Source: Eledone cirrhosa
Lineage: Eukaryota
Assembly (NCBI GenBank): GCA_964016885.1
Contig: OZ024743.1
Location: forward strand, 252,030,001-252,094,000
Length of the DNA: 64,000 nt
Direction of reading: 5' to 3'
Each line of letters starts with the position of its first letter. Position 1 is the stretch's first letter. The notes under the pieces were generated by a model. It was not told the origin of the DNA, did no database searches, and saw only the letters and a list, made by a program, of their open reading frames with translations. A program made the position numbers and the translations under genes. Shown here piece after piece: positions 49,901-64,000 of this stretch.

Positions 49901-51694
49901 CATACTTTTTGAACATCTCATGACTGTATTTCTAAGAAAATGCACTCAATTTCAATTAATGATAAACTAAGTTTATTAATAATTTCAATACCGAGACAGT
50001 CACTTAACATAAGATTCTGATATAAAATGATGTTGGAAAATTTTAATTTAAATAGGAACCATGCAAAATGGGTGGTTTGGTTCATTGATCCATCACTATT
50101 TTTGACTGGGTTGATATCAAAAGGGTTAATGAATAATTTTAAGGGATTTGCTAAAATTATTAATTATTTATTACTAAGTTAGTAACTTAAGATAAGTTTT
50201 TTTTTATATAAAATTATGTTGGAAATTTTTTTAATTTAAATAGAATCCTTTTAAAATATGTTGTTTGTTTCTTAGAACCAGAGCCGCTTTTTGCTAGAAT
50301 GGTATAAAAAATGGTATTTGTAACATAATTTAACATATAGTACTAATATAAAAGATTTTGAAATATCTTAATTCAAACAGGAACCCATTAAAATGGATGG
50401 GTTTGTTTTAAAAAACAAGCACCAGTGTTTTCTGGGTTGATATCAAAATGTTAAAGGGTCTTAGTAAAATAAATTAAATACATATAGAACACCCTGTATA
50501 TCTTTTGTGTAATTCTTTGTGTACTGAATCTTATATGAAATAATTATACAAAATTACATCTAATTAACAGTTAATGTATTTAGATTAAGTGTAGATGCAG
50601 ACAGAAAAAGATACCAAATAAAAAATTGTTTCATGTTTTCTTTCATTCTTTTCTGTATCAACATTCATTTGAAATAGATATATATAAGTATTCAGTCTTT
50701 AATCAACAATTCATTAGTTCTCAAAATGAATATAATTAAATGTAATTAGTAATTAATGGTTTCATAAATTGAAATTTTCTTAATTATATCTTTTGCAGCA
50801 TTTATAACGATTTGGGTGATTTTTTACTTTCTTTATTTTTTGTTTAGTTTTCAAAATATTCAACTAAAAGTATTCAATATTATAAAAGAGATATATTTGA
50901 TGTATTTAATTAAATTGTCACTTTAGACATCAAGGCTGGACTGGTATTAATAATAATGGTTTCTTATTTTGGCAATAGTCTCTAAATATTGTCCACTTTC
51001 CTTGCTCCATCAGGCTAACAAATGACCCTTGATGACATCATTGAAAAGCACTCGCTTCTGTGAAAGATTTGGGTGGAAGTTTTTTTGCAGTAGGTGGCAT
51101 CAAGACTGATTCTCCTTCAGGGCCAATGCTACATTTAAGGCCAGTTAGGCAGTTGACTAGGGTGCACTACTGAAATTTAAAGGATCACAGTTTTATATAA
51201 ATTTGCATAATTAACTTTAATGTATAATATCCTGTGATCAATAATTGAATCATTAAACATCTTTGCCATGTAGCAGCATTGTAGTGGGAAAGATCATATG
51301 TTGTTATGACCTGCCACATGATTTGACATGAGTTAGTGAGGATAGTGTAGTTGAAAATGTTGGATTAGTCATTTTCCTAGTGTGGTTAAAACAAGAAGTG
51401 TCAAAAACTAAGGTTGTCACTTTACCAATCTGTAAGTTGAATATATTTTTCTGGAAGATTGGGACACATACTGGGAGGATTGAACATACATTTAAGGTAT
51501 AGCCAAGGGTGCCATATACCCAGGTGCCAACCCTGTTCACATTTATTAATATATACCATAGCCTATTTCAGACATAGTAAATGCAGCCCAGAAGCTCCTG
51601 CATGGTAAGACTGTCCAATGGGTTGTAACTGTAATTTGGCTTGGATACACATGTTGATGGAATACTCAGCCTTGTATATGTTAATTATATGTGA

Positions 51695-51965
51695 AGGTAC
51701 ATAGCTTAGTGGTTAGAGCATTGGTTGTGAATTTGATTCTTGGACCAGGTGATGCATTGTATCCTTGAGCAAGGCATTTTATTTCACATTGCTCCAGTTT
51801 ACTCAGCTGTAGAAATGAGTTGCAAGCTGATGCCAAGCTGTATCAGCCATAGCTTTTCCCTTGGACATTATCGGTGGTGTGGAGAGGGGAGGTTGGTATG
51901 TGCGTCTTAGAGGGAAACTTTCTAGATGCAAATCACATGATCATTCGTGACCGAAGGGGGTCTTC
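51695..51965 (+). mobile_element. tRNA-derived SINE (CORE-like family)
   Basis: ggtacatagcttagtggttagagcattg..atccttgagcaaggcattttatttcacattgctccagtttactcagctgtagaaatgag. Confidence 0.78.
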
Positions 51966-54139
51966 AATATGTTAATTAAACAACTGAATATTATCTTTTT
52001 TTTTATATATTCTACCTAATATTAACATTATATAACAACAAAGAGAAGAAAACTAACATACATGTTCTATCCAATACTAGATTCAGAAAACGTAAATAAA
52101 AATATCTATGTGTAGAAGATGTAGTATGCTCAGGCACTAGATTTAACTGTATGTACAGTCAGATGCAATAAAACAACTTATAGAATAGGATAAATACTCT
52201 TAGAGATGGAAACAGAAGTTGCCAGTGGCTGCTTCGATCTATGTGTGCTTATATGTGATATAAAGATGTGTGTGGAACCAAATTATAAATAGCATGATAG
52301 AGCATAATTCTGTATATTAATGGCACGTAAATATTAGTGTCAAAAAGAATATATTTAAGGAAAACATTGGTGAGAAAAGACTTGCAAAATACCATTCCAA
52401 CTGACATGAAACCATGAGAAAGAATTATATCTCTTCTCATTGAATTGTTCCTTAACTCTCTTTTCATAACTTATCTCAATATGTGAGTGAACAATTATTA
52501 CAGAGGGAGAGGTAGAGAGAAAAGGGATTAGGAGAAACCACTTACTTATTATTCCAAATATAAAGTGAGTCTACCCAACATGATGAGAGGCAAAGTAGAC
52601 TTTGGTAGGAATAGAAATAAGAGAGCAAAGAGTCAGAACAAATATTGCAAAGGATTTAATCTGATACTTAAAAAAAGGGACCTCCTTCAGTCATGACTGG
52701 ATATGTGTTAAGCACCTATAATTGAGTGAGCTTAGATTTGCTTTTTTGAGACACAAACCAGGGAAAGGTGTTTTGTGGAAGACCAGTAGTTGCTTAAGCA
52801 CACAATATCAATGTTGCTCAAAGGAAAGGCAAAGCCCAATACAGCTTGGCACTACTCCCAACCTTACAAATTATTTTGAGCCTAGCATCCTAACTACAAA
52901 TTGTTGCATCTCACCACATAAATGACAGTATTTTGTTGTTACTTTTATTTTATTTATACGGCAAGCTCTCATCATATCATCATATATACACTATCTATAT
53001 ACTATACATATGTGTGTATATATCATGTTGTAATATGGAAAACCAAAGCTTGATGCAGCTTAGCACCAGTGTTGTCAATGTCAGAGGGAAAGCCAAAGGC
53101 TTATACAGCTTGGCACAAATGTTGTTGCAAGTAATTTCTTTCTCTTTGTATGATCTGAAGCAATGTGTAAAATAATGTGTTTTAATCAAAGACAAAATAT
53201 GGTGCCTATTCTGAGGATCAAACCTTCAAACCGATCTAGAGCCAAGCACCCTAACCACCAAGCCATGCACCTCAATACTTAAATAACAGTGTTCTGTTGT
53301 TACCTTAATTCTATTTAAAGCACGGCCGCTCATAATGTATCTTTGTGTTTGCCACATTTTCACAGTGCAGCAAGGATTTCTTTCTTTTTATACTTACATT
53401 TTTCTTTCTTTTTTCTTCTTTTTCTTTTCTAAAAAATGTGAATTTAAATAATACATACTGAGAGAGAAACAATGATATTATTTCATGTATTAATATCTTT
53501 CTCAGATAAATACATTCCATGGAATACTACAGAATGTTGCATCAACATTTTTCATGTATGTTATCTATCACAGCCGCTAAATTTGTCAACCAAAAAAAAA
53601 GAAAAAAAAGAAATAAGAAAAAGATAAGGGAAAAACAAAAATAAACAAAAACAAAAAGAAATAAAAAATTAAATACAAAGTAAAAAATATATAAAGATAC
53701 GACTATATATGAAATAAAATATAAGAAATATAACAAATACAGGAAAATGGTGCAAAAAATAAATGAATGTATATATATATATATATGTGTATATATATAT
53801 ATAAAAACAAACACTGACCAAAATGGTGGTTGATATTGTGAGTAATACTGATTGACATTGAACTGACTTCTTGTGAAGAAGAAGAGACATGCTTTCACTA
53901 TTATTTTAGCTCAAGTACATGGAAATGTATATATATATGCACTGAGAGAAACCTGCTCTACATATCAAGCATATACACACTTCCTTACACATCTCAATAT
54001 TCACACAAATAAACACATTTGCAGACACAAATACACACACACACATATATCCATGTATTTGTGTGTGATTATATGTGTATGAATAAAATTAGTTTATGGC
54101 TGCTAATGTGTGTGAACACACACATGCATATATATGTAT

Positions 54140-55840
<1,701 letters not shown>

Positions 55841-56389
55841 GACACACACAACACAGACACACTTCTGTGTGTGTGTTTAACTCTGGCATAGAGCCCATGA
55901 GATGCATACGAAAGGGATGATTATCTATGAGTGTCTCTCTCTTCAACAACTTATATTCTACACTATTGATATTGTTATAAACTGAATCTATTAGTAAATA
56001 TAGCATGAGCATGGCTTATTAACTTTTCAACTGATCTTTCTGCAATGATGAACATAATGGCTGCGTGGTGGAGTGCATGCATACATGTATGTATGTATGT
56101 ATGTAGGTAAGTAGGTAGGTAGGTAGATATGAAACTAAGGGGTGGGAGATGACTATTTTCACTATATGTGCTTGTATGTATGTAAGCATGAGTGCATAAA
56201 TACATATAAACACACACATACACACACATATACACACATATATATTTATACACACGTATGTATTTACATATATATGTATAAAGTATATATTTATATGTGT
56301 GCATGTGTATGTGTGCATGTGAATGTGAATGTATATATCTATACTTATCTTTGTATCTATATAAATCTCTCTCTCTCTCTCTCTCTCTC

Positions 56390-56439
<50 letters not shown>

Positions 56440-57390
56440 CATCCCAGTTTAACATCCATTTTCTTTGCTAGCATGGGTTAGACGAGTTATCCAATTGGGA
56501 GACAAGTCAGATCAGGTGGCCATGTCTTGCTTATACAGAACTGTAGAGTTTAATTCATCATCATCATCATTTTACGTCCGCTTTTCCCTGCTTGCAAGGG
56601 TTGCACGGGTCCTATTCAGCACTTGTCAGGGTACTTCGTCATCTCCTTATAATGTGTAGATTACTCAGAGTAGCAAAACAGACCAATACCTATAACATGT
56701 ACAGTGTTGTTTTGTGTGTTGAACCTCTGTCAATTCCAATGAGAATTCCATTTGTTCAAATGACTGAACTGCCTTCTCATAAAATTAGGGTAAATGTGGT
56801 TGAACATTCCAGAGAAACAAACACTCTCAATATAGTTTTTCAAGGAAATTCAATGAGATATGGCGTGCCCTTAGAATTACAGATACAACTCATTTTTTTC
56901 CATCTGAGTGGAATCGAGCGGAGAAAGATAAAATATAGTGTCTTGCTGATGGATACCATGCATCAGCAGACATCAAACTCACACTCTCTAAGAATCATGA
57001 GCTGAACAGCCTAACCACTAAGCCACACAACTTCACACATAAGTACGTCTATATATATACTCAGGCAGGGAGATAAAGATGAGTAGATGAATGGATGGAT
57101 AGGAAGGTTGTTAGGTAGGTACGAGGATATATATACAGATATAATAATAAATATGTTTAGATATAGATATGTATATATATATAAATGGATATATATGTGT
57201 GTGTGTGTTAATATATACACATATATCTATATATGTGTGTACGTATGTATGTAGGGGAAAGAGAGAGCAATAGAGAAAGTGAGGGAGGGGTAGAGACATA
57301 TAAATAAACAAATAGATAGATAGGTTTATTTATATGCACCATCCATTTTCTTTTTAGTCTGCAAATGAGTCCTCTTATAGTTATTCCATG

Positions 57391-57445
<55 letters not shown>

Positions 57446-57485
57446 CAGAGAGAAAGAGAGCGAGATATACATACATACATATGAG

Positions 57486-57517
<32 letters not shown>

Positions 57518-57562
57518 CATACATACATATGAGTGTATATATATACACATAAATACATATGA

Positions 57563-57607
<45 letters not shown>

Positions 57608-57648
57608 CATACATATGAGTGTATATATATACACATAAATACATATGA

Positions 57649-57682
<34 letters not shown>

Positions 57683-58103
57683 GGGGTGAGAGATGCTATG
57701 TTATATTTTATATGTATATTATAGATATTTTGTTGTTCACTTCCTATGCATGCATCTAAATAAAATTGGCAGAAGTGATCAAAAATAGTTATGTATTCAG
57801 CATTGTATATGAAGGAAAAGATTTAATAAACCTACGCATCGTGTCTTTTATACCTTTTGCACACAAGGTGTTGACTTAATGCTGCTGTGGTGGTTGTTGT
57901 GGTTGTTGTTGTAGTTGTAGTTGTAGTTCTTGTAACTGTATTTGGAGTTGCTTTTGTAGTAATGGTTGTTATTGTCATTCTAGTGGTTTTTTTGTTGCTA
58001 TTGTTGTTGTTGGTGGTGGCATTATAGGTTTGGTTGTCTTTAGTATTGTCTATCCATATTTATATATATATGTGTGGGTGTATACTATATCAAAACCATC
58101 ACC

Positions 58104-58137
<34 letters not shown>

Positions 58138-58176
58138 CAGAGAGAAAGAGAGCGAGATATACATACATACATATGA

Positions 58177-58274
<98 letters not shown>

Positions 58275-58673
58275 GTGTGTATCTATCTATTCCTGTTGTA
58301 ATTGTTGTGTATTTGCTTTGTGTTCCTTCCTATGATTTTCTTTTTTACATATAGGGCATTGTTTCTACTTAATGTCTATCTCTTCTTTTGTCCTGTTCTC
58401 ATATAAAAAAAAATATCTTTTTCTTTATGTTGTTCCTCTGCGTGCGTACATATGTTTGTATGTATTTGTGTGGATGTGTATATAGTTAAGAGTGTATATG
58501 TATGTGTTTTCTTCCCAGTTTAAAAAAAATATTTCTTCTTTGATATAAACAGAATTCAAAGACAGCATATGTATTATGTAAAAGGAGAGGTAGGTAAAGA
58601 AATAAAAGAGACATTCCTTCATATTAGTGAGCTGAATTAAGATATATCCCTCTACTTGTATATATATATATAT

Positions 58674-59176
58674 AGTGCAGAGCACTAAAAGTTGATGGAA
58701 GCCGTGGAGTGGGGGGGGGGGGGACCCAAGAACCCAAGAAGACCTGGAATGAGGTGATAAAAGCGAACCTTGCCCAATTGCACCTCTCAAAGGTGATGAC
58801 ACAGGACCATGACTTCTGGCATCACGCAGTAATACAGAAGACCCGACTTCCCACGGGAACAAGCTGAAGCCGAAGCATATAGACAATATACCCCCAACCC
58901 CTCCCACTGCAAAGTGGTCATGGAGGTGTCATGACAAAAAAGCACCCAGACCACACTGTCAAGTGGACGTGTAGGCACCATGGAAAAAAATACCCACCAC
59001 TCACTGTAAATGAGGTTGGTGTTAGTAAGGGTATCCAGCTGTAGAAATCAAGCCAAAATCAGTTCCCGTATGAGCAAGACAAGGTCAGCCAACCTAATAT
59101 AACAGGACAACCTGCCTAACCCATGCTAGTGTGGAAGAATCGATGTAAAACGGTGATGATGATGATGATGATGATA
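58674..59176 (+). mobile_element. RTE family C 3' end
   Basis: Homologous to the reverse complement of 44228-44710; (gat)n tail. Confidence 0.9.
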
Positions 59177-59389
59177 TATATATGTATATATATATGTATG
59201 TGTGTGTGTGTGTGATGTGGTTGATGTTAAGTCATCCAGCCATAGAAACTAAGCAAAAATACAGATCTGTATGAGAAAGATGGTCTCTGGACCTGACATC
59301 TCATAATATGACAACCCATCTAATCCATGCAAGCATGGGTAAATAGATGTTAAACGATGATGATGATATATATACATACACACACACAC

Positions 59390-59432
<43 letters not shown>

Positions 59433-59436
<4 letters not shown>

Positions 59437-59770
59437 AAAGTCTATGCTAAATGTCTGGCAAAGAAATAGGAGAATTGTTGAGTTCTAGTTAGTTGACACT
59501 ATGATTTTCACTCAGGACATAACACAGTCAACCAAATTTCCACTCTGACACAGGTCTTTGAGAAATCCTGGGCGCATTGCCAAGAGGTGTATGCTTATTT
59601 TGTGGCCCTAGAAAAGGAATACGACTGTGTTCTATGGGACTTGTTGTGGAAAGTTCTACTGGAGTATAGGATCGATGGACAGCTTCTGGTTCCTTTGAAG
59701 TCCCCATACAAATTCAGTAGCATTTGTTTTCAGATAAATGCTACTATGCTGAAAACATTTAATGAGGCTT
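59433..59770 (+). mobile_element. Decayed RTE-type RT fragment
   Basis: KVYAKCL.., NQISTLTQVFEKSW.., VYAYFVALEKEYDCV..LLWKVLLEY. Confidence 0.8.
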
Positions 59771-60100
59771 TCCCTTGCATAACATCAGTGACACCAAGAG
59801 TGGTAACTAGTGTACATGGGTGACTATTGGTCTTCAACAAAAATATCTTGCCTGGGCTTTTGCAAAAAAGGTGAACTCATGATTATTCTTGACTAAAGGG
59901 GTCTTATGATTCTAAATAGGATGCACTCACTCACATATGCATACATACATACATCATACCTGCATACATACACATTCATACATACATTATTCTCACACAA
60001 ACACATACATAGATGTATAAATACATAGATATATTCGTATATACTTGCATAGGTGTATACATACATATTATGGTTACACATAAATGTATATCCTTACAAC

Positions 60101-60131
<31 letters not shown>

Positions 60132-61303
60132 CATATATCTGTGTATTGATCTCATTTAAATATATATATCATGCTTTGTATTTTGTAACAATACATTTAA
60201 TTTAGAAGACACATAGTCATTTAAACATAGAATAATAATCAAAAGGATTTAATTAGCCAAGGTATTATTCAATTAGCTGGCCAGTGATTTAATGAATCTT
60301 AAATATATAGATTACACTCAATTTTACCGTGTTAGTTTACTAAGACATTCAGCTATGTACACTCTGTATGCGTCTGTTGTTGTGTGAGTGCGAATGTCTG
60401 TGTGAGTAATTTTATGTGTGCAACTGTGTTTATACATGCAATAGTGTGTTTCTCTTGTGTGAATATGTTTGTATAATAGTGTGTCTCATGCATGTCTCAC
60501 TGGGTGTATATATATGTAATTGCGTGTGTCTCATGTAATTTTGTGTGACTATTTCACGGTGGGAATATATGTGTGTGTGTGTCCATGTATGAGTATGTCT
60601 AATTGTGTATGTTTGTGTGTGTCTTACTGTGTGTATATACATGGACAAGGTTCATTGTATATATGTGTGTATATATTTATGTCTTACATATCAGTGTTGC
60701 CAGTTCAATATCTTAAAAAGTAGCTGATTTTCAATGAAAGTCAATAAAATAAGTTTTACTGGTAATTTGAATATATATGAGTTTGTGCAAATGTATGTCT
60801 ATAGAGTTGGTGATCTACACAGTAAGTGCACCCACTTTGCAAAGAAATTAGTCCATCCAGCAATAAAAAAGCTGCCAAACAAAGAGTTATGAGATTCTTC
60901 ATGTGTGTTAAAGACATGAAAACATCGCTAGTGTTGGTGCCATGATAAAATACATTCAGTAGATCCCAGGAGTAAATGTGAGATAAGAGCCTCTGTTATG
61001 CCTGAGCATTCGGTAGAGCATACAAATGTATGTGTTACATGCTCCTGGCCCATCTGACATGTCATTAGCTCTGCTTGTCTTCTGACTTGTCTAAGACCCA
61101 GCCAACCCTAGCCAATATATATATATATATCAAAGGCATATATTAAGTTAGAAACTCAAAATAGTCTCTTACAATAAATTAGCTCTAGGAAAGAGATTTT
61201 TCCGAGCCATATAATATAACTGAACAAAAAAGAAAATAAACACAGACATATACATATATGTGTTCAAATCGTAAGGGACCAGATTTGCTAAGGTGAGTTC
61301 AGT

Positions 61304-61377
<74 letters not shown>

Positions 61378-61379
<2 letters not shown>

Positions 61380-61640
61380 TCATCATCATCATCATCATCA
61401 TTTTACGTCCGCTTTTCCCTGCTTGCAAAGGTGGGACGGGTCCTATTCAGCACAGCATCTCTCCACTTGTCACGGTCCTCCGTCATCTCCTCCGTGAGTT
61501 TCAGCAATCTGAGGTTTGCTCTCACCACCTCCGCCCATGTTTTTCGTGGTCTACCTCTACTGCGTCTTCCTTCTACTGGGATTTCTTGGCACTTCTTTAC
61601 CCAGCGGTCATCCTCCATGCTCATCACATGTCCATACCAT
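61378..61640 (-). mobile_element. RTE family B 3' end (ORF runs directly into the tail)
   Basis: YGHVMSMEDDRWVKKC..GRPRKTW..DRDKWRDAVLNRTRPTFASREKRT* then (gat)n. Confidence 0.93.
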
Positions 61641-61661
61641 ATATATATATATCCTCAAATG

Positions 61662-62171
61662 TCAATCACGAAAAAGATAGATGGCATGTCAGGCCTTGAC
61701 TATTGGGGTTGACTAGAAAAACTCAAACTTCATTCTCTCCAACGCCACTGTGAGCACTACATTATCTGTATGATGTGGAAAATATTCCATCAGCCTTTCC
61801 CAAATCACATTTAAACTACATTTAAACTACACCCAAGGCTTGGGTCCCATGCTATACACTCACAACAAAAATCAAACTCGCATCTCATGACAACAATACG
61901 GCACAATTATTTCACCTCAATTGCCCTCGCTCTCTTTAACATTACACCAAACACATTAAAACAGAAACAGACCCCATAAAGTTCATGAAGTCTTTGGATA
62001 CATTCCTTCAAGAAATCCCGAATAAACCTCCTACACCTGGATATGTCTCCCCAAACAATAACTCACTTCTTGAGTGGGCCATGGTGTCCAAATCCTGAGT
62101 TGAAAGGCTTCCCCAAGTTAGACATGGCCTCGACCAATACTGGCCAAAACCTATCAAAGTTATCAAAGTTA
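61662..62171 (+). mobile_element. CR1-clade LINE 3' fragment
   Basis: ITKKIDGMSGLDYWG*LEKLKLHSLQR..E.YIICMMWKI; tail (tatcaaagt)2. Confidence 0.8.
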
Positions 62172-62193
62172 TATGCATGTATATAATATATAT

Positions 62194-63396
62194 ATCCCTT
62201 CTAGGAAATGGTCGTGCTCAGTGTGTAGGAAAGGCGTAGGTAGAAACTCCATTTTATGTCCTAAATGCAAAGTATGGGTGCATAAAAGATGTAGTGGGAT
62301 CACAGGTAAGCTAACTAAGAACATAGATTTTACATGTGGCCGGTGCTCTGGTGCAATAAGTAGCAGCAAGTGCCCACAAAATACTAGCTCTTTCAATTGC
62401 GCAGAGGGTTCTATAGAAATAGTGGACAGCTTCCGTTATCTGGGCGATAAAATCAGCAGTGGGGGAGGGTGCTCTGAAAGTACAGTAGCTAGAGTCAGAA
62501 CTGGTTGGAAAAAGTTCAGAGAGCTTATACCACTATTAGCTGCTAAAGGGTTCTCCCTAAAAATGAAAGGCAGGTTGTACGATGCCTGCATACGAACAGC
62601 AATGTTGCATGGCAGTGAGACCTGGGCATTGTGTGCAGAGGATATACGCAGACTAGAGAGGAACGAAGCTTGCATGCTCCGCTGGATGTGTAACAGTAAT
62701 ATACGTGAACGGCGAAGCATAAACGAACTAAGGAAAAAATTAGAAATAAGAGGGATCAGATGTTGTTTACTCGAGAGAAGGCTATGTTGGTATGGACACG
62801 TGATGCGCATGAAAGTCGATAGCTGTATAACAAAGTGCAGGGAAATAAAGATAGACGGTAGCCACGGAATAGGCAGACCTAGAAAAACCTGGGACGAGCT
62901 GATAAACTCCGACCTCACACACTTACACCTCTCCAAGACAATGTCACTGGACTGAGACCTTTGGCGGTACTCAGTAACAGAGAAGACCCGCCTTACCTAA
63001 ATACATAGTAAAACCTACTACAGCCAGTAGGCATCTCTAACAAAATACACCCCGTCCCACCCCCACCACCCCCACCCCATCCACACCACCCCGTTCTATG
63101 TAAAGTTATGTTGGTGCTGAGCCATCCAGGCCGAAACAAATGAGATCGTGTAGGTGTCACGACAAAAAAAAACACACAGTCCACGCTGTAATGTGGCCGT
63201 GTAGGCAACACGGTAAAAACCTCCCAGACCCACACTGTAAATGTGGTTGGTGTTAGGAAGGGCATCCAACTTTAGAAAACCTGCCAGACAGTCCTATGCG
63301 AGCAAGACAATCACTCTTGCCTCAAGTGGGACTACCCCCGTCCAAACCCATGCAAGCGTGGAACACGGACGTTAAACGTTGATGATGATGATGATG

Positions 63397-63401
<5 letters not shown>
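62194..63401 (+). mobile_element. RTE family A 3' fragment (1.2 kb, full 3'UTR)
   Basis: ORF 62173-62955 nearly identical to the 13065-13868 region; (gat)n tail. Confidence 0.96.
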
Positions 63402-63437
<36 letters not shown>

Positions 63438-63441
<4 letters not shown>

Positions 63442-64000
63442 TCATCATCATCATCATCGTTTAACGTCCATGTTCCACGCTTGCATGGGTTTGGAGGGGA
63501 GTTTTCCCACTTTAGGCAAGAATGTTTGTCTTGCTCGCATAGGACCGTCTGGCGGGTTTTCTACGGCTGGATGCCCTTCCTAACACCAACCACATTTACA
63601 GTGTGGAACTGGGAGGTTTTTACCGTGTTACCTACACAGCCACATTTCAGAGTTGACTGTGTGTTTTTTTGTCGTGACACCTACACGACCTCATTTGTTT
63701 TGGGCTGGATGTTGTGGTACCAATATAACTTTACATTGAAAGAGGTGGTGTGGATGGGGTGGGGGTAGTTGGACGGAGGTGTATTTTGTTAGAGGTGCCT
63801 ACTGACTGTAGTAGGTTTCACTTTGTACTTAGGTAAGGCGGGTCTTCTCTATTACTGTGTAGCGCCAAAGATCTCAGTCCAGTGACATTGTCTTGGAGAG
63901 GTGTAAGTGTGTGAGGTCGGAATTTATCAAGTCGTCCAAGGTTTTTCTGGATCTGCCTACTCCGTGGCTACCGTCTATTTTTATAGCTCTGCACTTTTTT
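63438..64000 (-). mobile_element. RTE family A-like 3' end, tail-to-tail with the preceding copy (runs off the window)
   Basis: (cat)n-cgtttaacgtcc.. is the reverse complement of ~62830-63400. Confidence 0.93.

Noticed and set aside
50990-51170. Minus-strand exon after a tttcag acceptor
   Set aside because: Early stop codons in all three frames

Overview
This is AT-rich, repeat-dominated eukaryotic DNA with no confidently identifiable host gene. The repeat content points to a coleoid cephalopod, probably Octopus (an inference): (TA)n/(CAT)n microsatellites, RTE-clade LINEs with (GAT)n tails, and tRNA-derived SINEs. The only real protein-coding sequence belongs to retroelements. There is one near-full-length but frameshifted RTE LINE (APE endonuclease + RT, ~10.6-13.9 kb), many RTE 3' fragments of at least four families, and CR1, Tx1/L1-like, Gypsy-like and Penelope-like remnants. 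A non-autonomous Helitron carries a nested RTE. Nearly all other ORFs in the track are microsatellite artefacts. The most interesting hidden layer is RNA-structural. About ten minimal type-I hammerhead ribozyme motifs (CTGANGA...GAAA-palindrome-TH, about half of them degenerate) from several unrelated sequence families sit in fold-back or tandem Penelope-like modules embedded in (TA)n. One of these is a 420-bp tandem dimer with one hammerhead per unit, a retrozyme-like candidate circular-RNA producer. Other notable points are a PHD-type finger inserted inside the RT of the RTE LINEs, modular exchange of LINE/SINE 3' ends, and several long inverted repeats that could form dsRNA.
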